NCBI GenBank assembly: GCA_028534125.1
Contig: CM052824.1
Location: 42,656,001 to 42,720,000 of the forward strand
Length of the DNA stretch: 64,000 bases
Origin: Lama glama
Lineage: Eukaryota
Reading direction: 5' to 3'
Made by a program: the position numbers and the translations under genes. Within the stretch, counting starts at the first letter, position 1. Each line of letters begins with the position of its first letter. Below the pieces are notes generated by a model, which did not search any database, was not told where the DNA came from, and was given only the letters and a program-made list of their open reading frames with translations. Shown here in pieces: positions 63,081 to 64,000 of this stretch.

Positions 63081-63519
63081 ATTGATNNNNNNNNNNNNNN
63101 NNNNNNNNNNNNNNNNNNNNNNNNNNNNNNNNNNNNNNNNNNNNNNNNNNNNNNNNNNNNNNNNNNNNNNNNNNNNNNNNNNNNNNGCTGTGTCCGGAGC
63201 TCAGAGCCCAGCCCCGGCCGCGACCTCGGCAGCTGTGTGAAGCCAGGGGGGTTCCCAGCCAGGCCACGCCTGCGACCTCCTGTGAGAACAGGGGTGTCAC
63301 CAGCAGCTGCGCCCCGGGGCTGCTGTGACAGGTAACGGGACAGTGTCACCTTTAGGACAGCGTCTGACACGGGAGCGGAGCCAGCACTCCGGGCACTCAG
63401 CTCTGCAGCAAGTGTCCACCGACAGCCCCGGGGGCGGGCCCTGCATCGGCCCCAGGGAGAAGCCCAGGTTCCAGGAGAGGAGACACTGGCGTTAAGGGTG
63501 GACCGCGGTGGGGAGGTCG

Positions 63520-64000
63520 GGGAGAGAGCCAGGAGGACAAGGAAGCAGGGGAGGAGGTGGCGGGTGCTGGGGTCACAGTTGTAAACAGGGGGGTCAGGAA
63601 AGGCCTGTCAGAGGAGGTGACACTGGGGCAAAGACCCAAAAGAGGGGAGGGAGGGAGCCGGGAAGACACGGGAAGAGGCTCCGCCTGGAGGGAAGGGCAA
63701 GGCCAGGCCATGAGGAAGAGCAGGCCCAGGGCTCCTGGTCCAGGAAGGATGCAGGGCTGGAGGGGAGCCAGTGAGGGGGAGGGGCTGCGGGATGGGGGAC
63801 ACACACGGCCCTGGGCCACTGGCAGTGTGGACTGTGCCCCAGTGAGGCAGGAGCTCTGGGGCATGAGGCAGAGCAGGGACGGGTCCACCCTGAGTCCCAG
63901 AGGGTCACCCAGCTCTGTAGGGAGAGTGACGGGAGAGGGGCCAGGGCAGAGGCAGGGACCAGGCAGGAGGCCGCTGTGCAGGTCCAGGCGTGATGGTGAT
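63520..64000 (-). mobile_element. GC-rich L2 fragment
   Basis: gggtcaggaaaggcctgtcagaggaggtgacac. Confidence 0.65.

Larger units (their letters stand above)
20429..63186. other. Six assembly gaps: 20429-20614, 30057-30328, 39994-40141, 54594-55093, 57313-57466, 63087-63186
   Basis: N runs, mostly within or next to L1, rRNA-derived, poly(A) or GC-rich sequence. Confidence 0.99.

Noticed and set aside
1-64000. The hundreds of ORFs in the supplied track as protein-coding genes
   Set aside because: They are short, overlap on both strands, often use non-ATG starts, are rich in P/G/S/R/L and mostly lie in MIR/L2/LTR repeats. I recognised no cellular protein or multi-exon structure.
1-64000. Inferring a host-gene strand from repeat orientation; CRISPR arrays or other prokaryotic systems; a full RE1/REST site
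   Set aside because: L1 and LTR orientations are mixed, there are no regularly spaced direct repeats, and only RE1 half-sites were seen.

Overview
This is a 64 kb window of GC-rich mammalian non-coding DNA (intergenic or deep intronic) from a gapped draft assembly with six N-runs. The young L1 3' ends are cetartiodactyl-type, and I recognised no Alu, Bov-tA, PRE-1, CHR-2, Can-SINE or ERE SINEs, so a camelid source is my tentative inference. No protein-coding gene can be supported: the ORF track is chance ORFs in GC-rich DNA plus decayed transposon fragments. The window is dominated by ancient MIR and L2 repeats, L1 fragments and MaLR/ERVL LTRs. It also holds two complete young solo LTRs with perfect target-site duplications (TSDs), an internally deleted ERV-L provirus (gag/pro/RT/dUTPase remnants) and two hAT DNA transposons. 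The most distinctive item is a retroposed copy of the 3' end of 28S rRNA, inserted into a MaLR internal sequence next to a gap. Between the repeats are several unique, motif-dense blocks that look like enhancers, and a few isolated candidate exons. I found no convincing new multi-gene system. Repeat family names come from recalled consensus sequences, not a search, and most boundaries of old repeats are approximate.
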